A DNA stretch of 62,225 bases, filler included, from Circinaria calcarea (Eukaryota), in the NCBI GenBank assembly GCA_051942165.1. It is 10 parts of 10 records of this genome, joined end to end, with 100 filler letters (N's around TTAATTAATTAA, not from the genome) between each part and the next. Parts side by side here need not be neighbours in the genome. Positions count along the whole stretch, not along the records: positions 56,114 to 62,225 come from JAVECS010001669.1; 9 more parts are not named here. The stretch is one strand, 5' to 3'. Both the position numbers and the translations under genes were made by a program. Below are positions 60,863-62,225 of the stretch, piece by piece (positions within the stretch are counted from its first letter, which is position 1; each line of letters opens with the position of its first letter). The notes under the pieces are model-generated. The model was not told where the DNA came from. It ran no database searches and worked only from the letters and a program-made list of their open reading frames with translations.

Positions 60863-61569
60863 GCTACCTGAGTATTGATTTCTGAACAATCACGACGGCT
60901 TGCCAATGACCCTCCATCTCCAAATTCTAAATTTTAGGGTAGGGTGATGTGGTGTTCAGCCGTTGCGAAACGCATTAGGGAATGAATGCTTAGGCTTGAA
61001 ATTAGGTGTCCGTCAGCACTGCTGCAGCACCATACAATGGGTTTGATTTGGTTTGTGAAATTTACGGAGACTCCTTTCAAATATAAGTCGCAGTAGGGCA
61101 TTTTACCGTCATTAGATAACTCGGTGTGTTCACAGATATTAATTGGTCAACCTACATGGCCGACTACCTGATGCTTCCAGCGTTATATAGATACAAATCA
61201 CAGTAAAGCGCAAAATGATACTCCATGCAACGGCATAGACCCCCCGAAACCTTTGACCCAAGCATTGAGCAAATAGCTGGAGTCAGGCGGCCACAATTCC
61301 CCACATGAGGTATTCAGCATTATCTACCAACCCGTCCGCCCAGCTGACGCTAAAGAGCAGGAGTAGAATACGCCTAGATAGTAATTCTTTGTGAGAGAGG
61401 TAGTACTGAAGCTGACTCCTCCAGTTGTTATTTAAACGCGATACCCTCGACAAGACTCCTATCAACCGTTGACATCCTTGAGTGTTGCTAGAAAACACCA
61501 TACTCCTCTGCAATGCACTCGTAAATAGACATAACGTGGACGGAAAGATGACGAAGGAACACTTCGAAT

Positions 61570-62225
61570 CTAACGTCCACCGGCCTCGAGCTGTCCCGGC
61601 GTTGGATTCGCATTTGGAGTGCCTATTTCTGGTGCATGGTCCGTTGATGTAGCGTTGTTACCGTTATTCCTCCTCCATCTCCCTATTGTAGGCATCGAAA
61701 AGGTGTTTTGCATACGTGATCGCCAGGTCATCGGTTGATCAAGATTACTTGAAGCGGGAGCCGCCGGAACCAACGTTGCCAACGTACGTTCTCCTTCCCG
61801 GCGTTGTCGTCTCGAAGGGCGCGGGATTCTCTGCACGGTAGGAAAGCCATGTCGATCCCCGCCATTAACGTACGAGACCGTCATAAAGCGACCGGGCAAG
61901 ATCATTCTCGGTCTGAATTGAGAACCTCCACGACTTCCCATGAAAGCGAACTGAGGAGGGGTGGGCATATCAGTTCTGGCTCCACTGATTCCAGGAGGAC
62001 GACGTCCCGCGGCACGCTCGGCCTCCGTCAGAGCTTCACCTTCAGCACGAGGTTTGGGAACATAGTAGTCCGCTTTGCAGAGAGGGCAGCAGGCGCGTCG
62101 GCTTGTAAGCCAAGGATCGATACAGCTTGCGTGGAAGGCATGCCCACAAGTAAGACCGCGAACATCATCTTCGTCGTCCAGGGTATCCAAGCAGATAGCA
62201 CAAGAGTCTCCCGGGTTTTCAAGCA
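61570..62225 (-). CDS. RING-H2 E3 ubiquitin ligase, C-terminal part
   Basis: CAICLDTLDDEDDVRGLTCGHAFHASCIDPWLTSRRACCPLCK. Confidence 0.9.
   Translation of the reverse strand, partial: LENPGDSCAICLDTLDDEDDVRGLTCGHAFHASCIDPWLTSRRACCPLCKADYYVPKPRAEGEALTEAERAAGRRPPGISGARTDMPTPPQFAFMGSRGGSQFRPRMILPGRFMTVSYVNGGDRHGFPTVQRIPRPSRRQRREGERTLATLVPAAPASSNLDQPMTWRSRMQNTFSMPTIGRWRRNNGNNATSTDHAPEIGTPNANPTPGQLEAGGR

Overview
This is intron-containing filamentous ascomycete (Pezizomycotina) DNA, not one continuous locus. Ten contigs of about 6.1 kb, in near-descending length order, are joined by 100-bp N spacers carrying a TTAATTAATTAA six-frame stop, so adjacency across spacers means nothing. Recognisable genes: kinesin-3 (Unc104/UncA), cytidine deaminase, DUF6536 protein, sterol glucosyltransferase-like C-terminus, MRC1, a Ser/Thr kinase, ALG6, an FMN-binding split-barrel protein, ERG6, an FAD oxidoreductase, an SDR, NCB2, an intron-containing tRNA-Asn(GTT), deuterolysin, an ABCA transporter, a DHA1 MFS, an AsaB/CmcJ-like enzyme, a GNAT, TOA1, two PTH11-like proteins, a ZIP transporter and a RING-H2 ligase. 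Best leads: (1) a truncated ORF resembling the CD38/ADP-ribosyl cyclase catalytic region; (2) contig 2, with a Tourist-like MITE, long G-U-compatible hairpins and two paralogous small single-TM genes; (3) a spliced 62-aa microprotein between MFS, AsaB-like and GNAT genes; (4) an oversized, structured NCB2 intron. All calls come from reading by eye; no searches or folding were run.
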